From a virus (lineage: Duplodnaviria; Caudoviricetes): a stretch of DNA of 55,423 bases. This document shows, one piece after another, positions 17,390-25,601 of this stretch (positions are counted from its first letter, which is position 1; every line of letters begins with the position of its first letter). The stretch spans positions 1 through 55,423 of the IMG/VR virus record IMGVR_UViG_3300042892_000300; one strand, written 5' to 3'. Both the position numbers and the translations under genes were made by a program. The notes under the pieces were generated by a model that had not been told where the DNA came from, made no database searches, and saw only the letters and a program-made list of their open reading frames with translations.

Positions 17390-17679
17390 AATGCGCCGTG
17401 GATAGCCGCGATACCATGCCGATGAAATCTCCGCGCGAACGGCACATGGAGTTTATCGCGGACATTTCGAGGCAATACAAAATCACGACAGCCACCCTGC
17501 TAGGCGAATCCCGTGCAAGGCACGTAGTCTCCGCCCGTCGTGAGGTGGCCGAGCATTTGCACGATCAGGGGATGTCGAGTGTGCAGATTGGACGGCTACT
17601 AAACCGCGATCACACATCGATTCTGCATTTACTCAAAACAAATAACCGCAAACCAACAGGAGCAACCAATGATAACTAA
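17386..17679 (+). CDS. DnaA C-terminal (domain IV)-like HTH protein
   Basis: LLG.SRARHVVSAR...GMSSVQIGRLLNRDHTSILH matches the DnaA domain IV RDHTTV signature. Confidence 0.8.
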   Translation: MKCAVDSRDTMPMKSPRERHMEFIADISRQYKITTATLLGESRARHVVSARREVAEHLHDQGMSSVQIGRLLNRDHTSILHLLKTNNRKPTGATNDN

Positions 17680-18061
17680 AACGCCACGCCGCCAGTCTGG
17701 CCGCAGCGTCGAAGGCCAAGCCCGCCAGTCGCATCGGGTCAAAGTGGCGGACGCCTATCTGACCGGCGTTAGCACGGTGGTAGAGTTGGCAGACATTCAT
17801 CAGGTCTCAATCTATACGATCCGCGACTGGATTCGCGACCGCCGCGATACGTTTATGCTCGATCACAGGAAGAAACCTCTCGGTACGCGGCGCGACCGGA
17901 CACACGAACCTGCCCTCGTCGCTGGTGTGTACGGCACAGGTGGCAACATGACAGACGAATCTGTGCGCCAAGCGACCCGTGATCTGGAGAAAGCCATCGT
18001 CGCGCTCCAGAAAAAACTTATGTTGTCCACGTTCACCTACAGGAAAGAAGTTACAACGTGA
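17669..18061 (+). CDS. HTH-containing hypothetical protein
   Basis: TVVELADIHQVSIYTIRDWI; AGGAG RBS. Confidence 0.55.
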   Translation: MITKTPRRQSGRSVEGQARQSHRVKVADAYLTGVSTVVELADIHQVSIYTIRDWIRDRRDTFMLDHRKKPLGTRRDRTHEPALVAGVYGTGGNMTDESVRQATRDLEKAIVALQKKLMLSTFTYRKEVTT

Positions 18062-18309
18062 AGGTCACTCTCAACCCAAAGCATTTCCACCTCCGCACCA
18101 ATGCAGAGGACGGCACGATCTGGCTCACGCGAGAGAAGTACCTTCACCCCCTCATCCGGGTGAAGGATGTTACGCACGACGTGCTGCTCTGCCTCTGCGC
18201 CGACCTGTCCGCAGGTGGTGAGACGCAGGTGGTCGAACGATCTGTAAAGTTCAATGACGGGTTCGTCTGCAAGATCACAGTGGAGGTAGTTCAAGATGTC
18301 CCCGAGTAA
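18058..18309 (+). CDS. Hypothetical protein
   Basis: 83 aa, GTGA overlap. Confidence 0.6.
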   Translation: MKVTLNPKHFHLRTNAEDGTIWLTREKYLHPLIRVKDVTHDVLLCLCADLSAGGETQVVERSVKFNDGFVCKITVEVVQDVPE

Positions 18310-18970
18310 CGTCAGACTTGCGCACTCATACTCAGCACTCAAGCTGTTTGAGAACTGTCCGCAGCGGTACTATCGGCAGCGCATTATCAAGGACATCAAG
18401 GACTTGGGCGGCGAGGCCAGCAAGCATGGCGAACGCATCCACGAAATGCTGGAGCTTCGCCTCAAGGAAGACGCCACGATACCTACAGACTACGCGCGCT
18501 ACGAGCCGCTATGCCAAGGGGTCGAACGACTCGCAGCCGGTGGCGATCTGCATGTCGAGAAGGAACTGGTGCTCACTGCCAACCATGAGCCGACAGGGTG
18601 GTGGGATGGAGATGCGTGGCTACGGTCCAAGCTCGACGTGCTGGTGATCAAGGGAAACGATGCTGTCGTCATGGATTGGAAGACAGGTAAGAGAAAGCCA
18701 GACTTCTTTCAGATGGAAATCTTTGCTGGTCAGGTGTTCAAGCACTACCCCGAAGTGCAGCGGGTCAAGACCACACTGGTCTGGCTCAAGGACATGAAGC
18801 TCGACAGTGAAACGTACACACGTTTGGACATGCCAGCTATCTGGGGCAGCATCACACAGGCCACGACGCGCATCGAGCAGGCACTGCACTTCGACAACTG
18901 GCCCGCCAGACCGAGCGGCCTGTGTGGTTGGTGCCCCGCACAATCGACATGCAGATGGGCGCGTCGATAA
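18296..18970 (+). CDS. PD-(D/E)XK exonuclease (Cas4/RecB-like)
   Basis: SYS.L..F..CP, G..IH, KLD...DWKTG, Q, C-terminal CGWC....C. Confidence 0.88.
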   Translation: MSPSNVRLAHSYSALKLFENCPQRYYRQRIIKDIKDLGGEASKHGERIHEMLELRLKEDATIPTDYARYEPLCQGVERLAAGGDLHVEKELVLTANHEPTGWWDGDAWLRSKLDVLVIKGNDAVVMDWKTGKRKPDFFQMEIFAGQVFKHYPEVQRVKTTLVWLKDMKLDSETYTRLDMPAIWGSITQATTRIEQALHFDNWPARPSGLCGWCPAQSTCRWARR

Positions 18971-19025
18971 AATACATACTTGACACCCCTGTATTGTTAC
19001 CCTAACTAGAGGGCAAGGAGATTTC

Positions 19026-19328
19026 ATGGGGGCAGCGACACCTGAAGGCCGCGTGAAACGTAGGCTCACTGAGATGCTGAAGCGCCGCAAGGTCTGGTAT
19101 TTTTTCCCCGGTAACAACGGGTTCGGAAAATCTGGACTACCCGATATCGTCGCCATCATACGGGGGCGGTTCGTCGGGATCGAAGTGAAGGCCGACTCGA
19201 CTAAGAAACCCACTGCACTTCAGTGGAAGATAAGTCGGGAGATCAAGGAGGCCGGTGGCATGTGGTTCCTTGTTTATGATGACGCCACCATTGCCGAGGT
19301 AGAGGAATATATCTGTGCTTGTGATTGA
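19026..19328 (+). CDS. VRR-NUC nuclease (Holliday junction resolvase-like)
   Basis: TPEG.VK, G.SGLPD, GIEVKA...KPTALQ. Confidence 0.88.
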   Translation: MGAATPEGRVKRRLTEMLKRRKVWYFFPGNNGFGKSGLPDIVAIIRGRFVGIEVKADSTKKPTALQWKISREIKEAGGMWFLVYDDATIAEVEEYICACD

Positions 19329-20880
19329 GAAGGCCAAGGCGCTCGCGCTGAAGCTGAGTAACCCCAACCGGGTACTCGATACGATACCGACTGCACGGCG
19401 CATGACTGTGCGGGGTATGGATATCGTCGTCACGCCACACCGGCTCGATGAGGTGCGCGTCCTCAACAACATGGGTATTAAGGCACCCTCTCCCATCATG
19501 CACTACTACGACTGGCCGGGTCGTTTCATTCCGTTCGACCACCAGAAGGAGACGGCAGCGTTCCTTACGCTACATACCAAGGGGCTGGTGCTCAACGACA
19601 TCGGGACAGGTAAGACGCAGAGCGCCCTGTGGGCAGCGGACTACCTCATCAGGACCAAGCAGGTGAAGAAGGTACTGATCCTCTCCCCGCTCTCTACACT
19701 GGAACGTGTCTGGGGTGATGCGATCTTCATGGGGTTCCCCGACCGTAAGTTTGTTGTGATGCATGGCACGGCTGAGCGCAGGCGCAGGTTGATGCAGGAG
19801 GACGTGGACTTCTACATCATTAACCACGACGGGTTTCCTATCATCGCTGACGACGCGCACGGCATGTTCGATCTGGTCATCGTCGATGAGGCAGCAACGC
19901 TACGCAATCCCAGTACTCAGAGGTTCAAGCAGTTCCGTAAGTGGACCGTAGCCAACCCAGAGGTACGTCTGTGGTTGATGACCGGCACCCCGACCCCCAA
20001 CGATCCGACTGATGCGTGGTCACTAGCCAAGCTAGTCGATAGTCCCAACTGCACCAAGACATTCACAGCGTTCCGTGAACAGGTGATGACCAAGATCGGG
20101 CAGTGGAAGTTCATCCCCCGGGCTGATGCCATGGAGACAGTGAGCCATATCTTGCAGCCGTCAGTGCGGTACACCCGGGACGAGTGCTTCGACCTACCTG
20201 AGACTATCATCCAGACACGTCAGGTGGACCTGACACCGGAGCAGAAGAAGTACTACGGGGCCATGCTCAAGGATTTGGTAGTCGAGGTGTCCAAGGTATC
20301 GGCTTCTGGTGGCACCATCAGTGCCGTCAACGAGGCGGTCAAGGTACAGAAGCTCGTACAGATAGCTTGTGGTGTGGCCTACGGTGACGATGGCCAGAAC
20401 ATCGAACTCGACGCTTCACCCCGGGTGAAGCTGGTAAAGGAACTGATCGAGGAGGTAGGCGAGAAGGTCATAGTCTTCGTGCCGCTGACAGGTACGCTAC
20501 ACATGTTGGAGCGCGAGTTGTCGAAGCACTGGTCTGTAGCTGTGGTCAACGGCGCGGTGTCGTCGTCCAAACGCAACGTGATCTTCAAGGACTTTCAAGA
20601 CAGCAAGGAGCCACATGTCCTGATTGCCCACCCCGGCACCATGGCACACGGGCTGACGTTGACTACGGCATCGACCATCATTTGGTACGGCCCGGTCAAC
20701 AGCAACGAGACTTATGTGCAGGCCAACGGGCGCATCGAACGTATTGGGAAGAACAAGACTTCGAACCTGATCCATATCGAGGCGACCGCACTTGAGCATA
20801 AGATGTACGACCGATTGAGGAACAAGCAGGGGCTACAAGGGCTGCTGCTGGACCTGATCCAAGAACAAACGAGGAGGTAG
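19315..20880 (+). CDS. SNF2-family helicase
   Basis: GTGKT, IVDEA, MTGTP, HGLTLT, QANGRIERIG. Confidence 0.9.
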   Translation: MLVIEKAKALALKLSNPNRVLDTIPTARRMTVRGMDIVVTPHRLDEVRVLNNMGIKAPSPIMHYYDWPGRFIPFDHQKETAAFLTLHTKGLVLNDIGTGKTQSALWAADYLIRTKQVKKVLILSPLSTLERVWGDAIFMGFPDRKFVVMHGTAERRRRLMQEDVDFYIINHDGFPIIADDAHGMFDLVIVDEAATLRNPSTQRFKQFRKWTVANPEVRLWLMTGTPTPNDPTDAWSLAKLVDSPNCTKTFTAFREQVMTKIGQWKFIPRADAMETVSHILQPSVRYTRDECFDLPETIIQTRQVDLTPEQKKYYGAMLKDLVVEVSKVSASGGTISAVNEAVKVQKLVQIACGVAYGDDGQNIELDASPRVKLVKELIEEVGEKVIVFVPLTGTLHMLERELSKHWSVAVVNGAVSSSKRNVIFKDFQDSKEPHVLIAHPGTMAHGLTLTTASTIIWYGPVNSNETYVQANGRIERIGKNKTSNLIHIEATALEHKMYDRLRNKQGLQGLLLDLIQEQTRR

Positions 20881-20881
20881 T

Positions 20882-21286
20882 ATGACTGTTACAGTAGACA
20901 GCGTCATCGGCGCGTATATGGTTCTGCGCCGAAACAAAGAGCAGATCGAGGCTCAGGCCAAGGATGATGTCGCCAAGGTCAAGGCCAACATGGAGAAGAT
21001 CGAGGCATGGGTAAAGCAGCAAGCTGACACCATGGGCGTCACCTCGTTCAAGACAAAGCATGGCACTGCATTCCTCACTACCACAGACTATGCAAACGTG
21101 GCAGACTGGGATGCTATGCTGAGTTACGTCAGGGAGAATGATGCATACGATATGCTGGAGAAGCGGGTCAGCAAGACCGCAGTCCGTGGGTATATCGAAC
21201 TCAATAAGGTAGTACCCCCCGGGGTGAACTACGGCACGAAGCTGGAGGTCAACATCCGTAAACCTACAGCCAGAGCGGAGGAGTAA
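20882..21286 (+). CDS. Conserved phage protein (coiled coil + PPGV motif)
   Basis: GGAGG RBS; S.KT.HGT, LEKRVS, PPGVN. Confidence 0.7.
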   Translation: MTVTVDSVIGAYMVLRRNKEQIEAQAKDDVAKVKANMEKIEAWVKQQADTMGVTSFKTKHGTAFLTTTDYANVADWDAMLSYVRENDAYDMLEKRVSKTAVRGYIELNKVVPPGVNYGTKLEVNIRKPTARAEE

Positions 21287-21290
21287 CACC

Positions 21291-21437
21291 ATGCATGAAT
21301 GGTTCAAGCGGTGGCTACGCACCATAACGAAGCCTGATCCTCCGGCAGAAGTACAACTGGAACTGCCTTTCGACCCGCCACTCCGACACGTTCCTCGAAA
21401 CCTAACAACCACACGCTCAACACAGGAGAATATATGA
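21291..21437 (+). CDS. Small hypothetical protein (48 aa)
   Basis: Read by hand: GGAGGAG RBS, MHEWFKRWLR...QLELPFD...TQENI*, ATGA overlap with next gene. Confidence 0.45.
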   Translation: MHEWFKRWLRTITKPDPPAEVQLELPFDPPLRHVPRNLTTTRSTQENI

Positions 21438-22429
21438 GCACTGCACTTACTCTCGCTAACGCCCAAGTCCCCGCGCATATCCTCGCGCGTATGAACCAGC
21501 AGTCGGCTCTGGCTGCATCCATCTCCAGCGGTCTATCGCAGGGCGAATCGTTCCCGCGCCTCAGCATCAAGGGTTCCCGCTTCCGCATCGTCGAAGGCAA
21601 GACCGAGACTGTGCTGGAGCAGACCAAGCTCAACGTGGTCATCGTCGGTGCAAATCCGCGCCTGTCCAAGACATACTACGCTAAGCAGTGGGACCCCAAC
21701 GACGAGGCGACCGGTCCGGATTGCTTCTCGCTCGATGGTATTGGCCCCGATAGCAGTGTACAGAACCCTGAGAACGATCTGTGTGCGTCGTGCCCCAAGA
21801 ATGCATGGGGTTCGAAGATCACCGCTGGTGGGCAGCAGGTCAAGGCTTGCTCTGATCAGAAGCGACTGGCTATTGTCGCGGCTGAAGACGCCGATGGTCC
21901 CATCTACTTGTTGCAGGTGACACCTGCTGCACTGAAGGGACTCAATCAGTACCAGAAAGAACTGTCTGTTCGTGGTATCCCTCCCGAGGTGGTGAAGACG
22001 ACACTGTCGTTTGACACCGACGCCTCGTTCCCGAAGCTGAAGTTCAGTTTCGGTGGGTACCTTGAAGCCCATGAACAGGACGTTGTTGACACGCTTTTCG
22101 GCAACGAGAGCGTCAAAGAGATCACGGGCGAGAAGCTGATCACTGCTCAACCGATTGATGCTGTGGCCTATAAAGCCCCAGCGGTTGCGCCGAAGCCCGT
22201 TTCGGTCGAAGTTGCTCCGAAGGTTGAAGCTGCCCCTGAGGCTGAGGAGTCGACGGAAGTACCGAAGCGTGGTTTCGGCGCAGCCAAACCTGCCCCTGTG
22301 GTAGAGGTTGCCAAGGTCGCCAAGCCTAAGGCTGCTCCGACTCCAGTCGTAGTCGCGGCTGATACTGAAGCCATGTCGCTGGCTGATGAGATCGCGGCAC
22401 TGGTGGGAGGTCTCGACTCCGATGACTAA
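21434..22429 (+). CDS. Putative ssDNA-binding/recombination protein
   Basis: 331 aa; PDC.S.DG, C..CP.N..GS, KAC Cys cluster; low-complexity linker and acidic C-terminus (LDSDD); replication-module position. Confidence 0.55.
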   Translation: MSTALTLANAQVPAHILARMNQQSALAASISSGLSQGESFPRLSIKGSRFRIVEGKTETVLEQTKLNVVIVGANPRLSKTYYAKQWDPNDEATGPDCFSLDGIGPDSSVQNPENDLCASCPKNAWGSKITAGGQQVKACSDQKRLAIVAAEDADGPIYLLQVTPAALKGLNQYQKELSVRGIPPEVVKTTLSFDTDASFPKLKFSFGGYLEAHEQDVVDTLFGNESVKEITGEKLITAQPIDAVAYKAPAVAPKPVSVEVAPKVEAAPEAEESTEVPKRGFGAAKPAPVVEVAKVAKPKAAPTPVVVAADTEAMSLADEIAALVGGLDSDD

Positions 22430-22700
22430 ACCGCTAGACTTCACGAAAGTGGAGGCGCTGCGGAAGCACATGCTCCTGACAACTCGGGATATGTCCGAGG
22501 TGTTAGGGGTAAGCCGGATGACCTACTATGGTTGGGTAAACGGGAAACCGCTACGCAAGAACAACTTAGAGAATGTCAGGCTGATGCTGAAGAAGCTGCT
22601 GTCTGTGATGACGGACCATGGATGGCCTATGCCAGAAGTGATCGCCGCCGCGCAGAAGCAGCGGAAGGAGCGCCTCGTAGAACTATTGACTCAAGGCTGA
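22422..22700 (+). CDS. XRE-like HTH protein
   Basis: LRKHMLLTTRDMSEVLGVSRMTYYGWVNG; GGAGG RBS. Confidence 0.75.
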   Translation: MTKPLDFTKVEALRKHMLLTTRDMSEVLGVSRMTYYGWVNGKPLRKNNLENVRLMLKKLLSVMTDHGWPMPEVIAAAQKQRKERLVELLTQG

Positions 22701-22703
22701 TAA

Positions 22704-22729
22704 GGGTGGGGGGATATTTCTCCCCACCC
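22704..22729. other. Intergenic hairpin before the primase gene
   Basis: GGGTGGGGGGA-TAT-TTCTCCCCACCC; no U tract. Confidence 0.5.
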
Positions 22730-22743
22730 AACGCAGGGGCACC

Positions 22744-25599
22744 ATGGATACAATTACATTTCTCACTCGGGTTCTCCCCGCACAAGGGTTCTACGCCAGC
22801 GCCAACCTCACTGATCAGGGGATGCGCCACGGGTATTACTCCACGGTGGAAGACCTCACTAAGTCGGTCGCTAGCATAAGCCAGCGTGGTGGCAACGCCT
22901 ATTACGCAGTCTCCGCGTTCACCCAGAAGGGCAAGCGCACACAGGACAACGTGCGTGTTGTCAAGACCCTCATGCTGGACATCGACTGCGGCCCAGATAA
23001 GCCCTACCCCACATGGCGCGATGGTCTGGCGGCGTTCAGTGCGTTCGTCACGACGCTCGGCCTACCCAAGCCTATGGTGGTGTTCTCCGGCAACGGCCTG
23101 CACATCTATTGGGTACTAACCGAAGAGCTTGCACCTGCACAGTGGAAGCCCCTTGGGCTGGCGCTCAAGGCTGCGGCTGCTGATCTCGGGCTGGCAATGG
23201 ATAACTCTGTTCCTGCCGACAGTGCCCGCATCTTGCGGCCAGTGGGTACCATCAATCTCAAGGGTGGCAAGGAAGTCAAGCTGCTGCTTGATGCGCCGCC
23301 GGTCTCACCGGACCTGATGCGCGCCAAGTTGGCCCAGTATATCGGTGTCGAGAGGGTTTCTACAGAAACAACGGCTCGACAAAGACCTACCAGTATGTTG
23401 GCACAAGCTCTCGCCGTAGTGCAGGAGTTCCCCGAGGCTGATGCTGATGTCCTCATTGCCAAGTGCCAGCAGTTGCGCTGGGGTGTAGAGAACCAGAAGG
23501 ATGTAGACGAGCCGTTCTGGTATGCGATGCTGGGTATCGCTGCGTACTGCACCGACCCGGAAGCGACAGCCGTTGCATGGTCAAGCCAGCACCCCAACTA
23601 CGACCAGACCAAGACGCTCCAGAAGATGGAGCATTGGAAGGTATCGGTCAGTGGGCCAGCGACATGCAAACGGTTTCACGAGGAGCGACCCAAGGGGTGC
23701 ACGGGGTGCCGGTTCCAGAACAAGATCACAGCCCCGACACAGATCGGTGCACAGCACAAGGAAGTTGATATCGCGGTCACTGCACCCGATAGTATCGGTG
23801 CTGCCGTGCCTCTGCCGAAGAGCTACAAGCGTACCGATACCGGCATCAAGCAGACTGTGGACGGAACCGATATCGACATTAGCCCGTTCGATATCTACCC
23901 CACCGGGTACGGCAGGGACGAGGCACTGGGCTACGAGACAGTGCGCTACCACTGGGATCGTAAACATTCGGGTTGGCAGGAGTTAGCTTTACGCCAAGCA
24001 TACCTCACAGACACACGTCTGCGGGAGTTCACCACGGCTATCGCGGATCAGGGCATCGTCTTGAAAACCGAGAACCAAACAAAGATGTTCCAGTTTATGC
24101 TCCGCTCATACATGGACAAGCTGCGCGAGATGCGCGCGATGACGAACCTCTACAACAGCATGGGTTGGAAGGATGACTACCGCCAGTTCGTGCACGGTAA
24201 CACGCTCTACCGCCGCCTAGACGATGGCTCCGTGGCGAAGGAGTCTATCGCACTGTCAAGCACAAGCCAGCGGTTGGGCGGTGAACTCTTCACTTCGATG
24301 GGTAACGCGCAAGCATGGTCTGATTTCACTGCGCTGCTTGAGACAGCCAATATGCCAGCGCATATGTTCTCTATAGGTCTGGGCCTCGCGGCTCCCCTGC
24401 TGGTGTTCACCGGTCTCAACGGTATGACAGTCTCGTTCTGCGGACCATCAGGGGCGGGGAAGACCTTGGCTCAGTTGTTGCAGCAGTCTCTTTGGGGCGA
24501 CCCACAGAAGTTACACTTCGCGTCCAAGTTCACACCGAACAGCCTGTATAATCGGCTCGGTCTGTACAGCAATCTACCTATGACTATCGATGAGACTACG
24601 CTCACCGACCCAAAAGAAGTAGGTGACTTCCTGTACATGGTCACGCAGGGGCGGGACAAAGCCCGACTGACACGCGGTGCTGAGGAGCGCGAGGTCAAGA
24701 CATGGGCGACCATAGTTTCAACCTCAACGAATATCGCGTGGGCCACAAAGCTGGCTGGTCTCAGCAGCGCCACAGACGCACAGCTTATGCGTTTGCTTGA
24801 GGTTTCCATGGACGTGCACCCGGTGTTTGCCAACAACACATCGGTGGGGCGTAAGATGTTTCAGTTCGTCACCACCAACTACGGATTGATTGGCCCGCTG
24901 TTCGCAGAGCATATGCTGAAGATGGGGCCAGTCGCGATCAAGGCACTGATCGATGACGCGATGGCGACATTCGGCGCACGGTACAAGGCTGAGTTCAGCG
25001 GCGAGGAGCGGTACTGGGAAGTCACCATCGTGCTGACAGACTTGGCTCTGCGCATTGCGTATGAACAAGGGTGGATCAAGTTCAACCCAGCCAAGGCTAT
25101 CGAGTGGGTGCTTGAGCAGACCGGCATCATCCGCCGCAACATCGAAGCCAACAAGATGGATACCTACGATATCTTGTCCGAGTACCTTAACGAGAACACA
25201 CGGACAGCTTTGACGGTGATGCACACTCTCGGCCAGCCGCCAGTGCCGCTGTTTAATCGTATGCCACACGGGGAACTACGTATTCGTTACGACGTGATGC
25301 GCAAGACATCGACTGGTCTCTTCGACCACGGCACCCTGACCATTGACCGCACCCACATCAAACAGTGGCTGGCCATGCACAACGCAGACTACCGCCAGAT
25401 GCTGAGAGACTTTGAGACCGAGGGTGTCCTTGTTCCGCTGAAGCATGACAAGGCGTACCTGAGCAAAGGCACGGACATCAAGATGGGCCAGTGCTACGCC
25501 ATCGCCCTGAACCTAAACCACCCGCGCCTCCGGGGTATCTTGGAGGAGGCTGACCAAGCCTTTGACACGCAAGTGCTTGGCCAGTTGAAAGTCGTCTGA
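22744..25599 (+). CDS. AEP/RepB-type primase fused to DUF927 and P-loop helicase
   Basis: LDID, SGNGLH.YW, RILRP.GT; Cys cluster (C..C); Walker A GPSGAGKT, Walker B TIDE. Confidence 0.85.
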   Translation: MDTITFLTRVLPAQGFYASANLTDQGMRHGYYSTVEDLTKSVASISQRGGNAYYAVSAFTQKGKRTQDNVRVVKTLMLDIDCGPDKPYPTWRDGLAAFSAFVTTLGLPKPMVVFSGNGLHIYWVLTEELAPAQWKPLGLALKAAAADLGLAMDNSVPADSARILRPVGTINLKGGKEVKLLLDAPPVSPDLMRAKLAQYIGVERVSTETTARQRPTSMLAQALAVVQEFPEADADVLIAKCQQLRWGVENQKDVDEPFWYAMLGIAAYCTDPEATAVAWSSQHPNYDQTKTLQKMEHWKVSVSGPATCKRFHEERPKGCTGCRFQNKITAPTQIGAQHKEVDIAVTAPDSIGAAVPLPKSYKRTDTGIKQTVDGTDIDISPFDIYPTGYGRDEALGYETVRYHWDRKHSGWQELALRQAYLTDTRLREFTTAIADQGIVLKTENQTKMFQFMLRSYMDKLREMRAMTNLYNSMGWKDDYRQFVHGNTLYRRLDDGSVAKESIALSSTSQRLGGELFTSMGNAQAWSDFTALLETANMPAHMFSIGLGLAAPLLVFTGLNGMTVSFCGPSGAGKTLAQLLQQSLWGDPQKLHFASKFTPNSLYNRLGLYSNLPMTIDETTLTDPKEVGDFLYMVTQGRDKARLTRGAEEREVKTWATIVSTSTNIAWATKLAGLSSATDAQLMRLLEVSMDVHPVFANNTSVGRKMFQFVTTNYGLIGPLFAEHMLKMGPVAIKALIDDAMATFGARYKAEFSGEERYWEVTIVLTDLALRIAYEQGWIKFNPAKAIEWVLEQTGIIRRNIEANKMDTYDILSEYLNENTRTALTVMHTLGQPPVPLFNRMPHGELRIRYDVMRKTSTGLFDHGTLTIDRTHIKQWLAMHNADYRQMLRDFETEGVLVPLKHDKAYLSKGTDIKMGQCYAIALNLNHPRLRGILEEADQAFDTQVLGQLKVV

Positions 25600-25601
25600 G
25601 G

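Noticed and set aside
18296-18970. Cas4 as evidence of a CRISPR-Cas system
   Set aside because: Solo Cas4-like PD-(D/E)XK nucleases are routine in phage replication modules
22422-22700. XRE protein as a lysogeny repressor
   Set aside because: Co-directional within the replication operon, with no divergent cro, no S24 peptidase domain and no integrase
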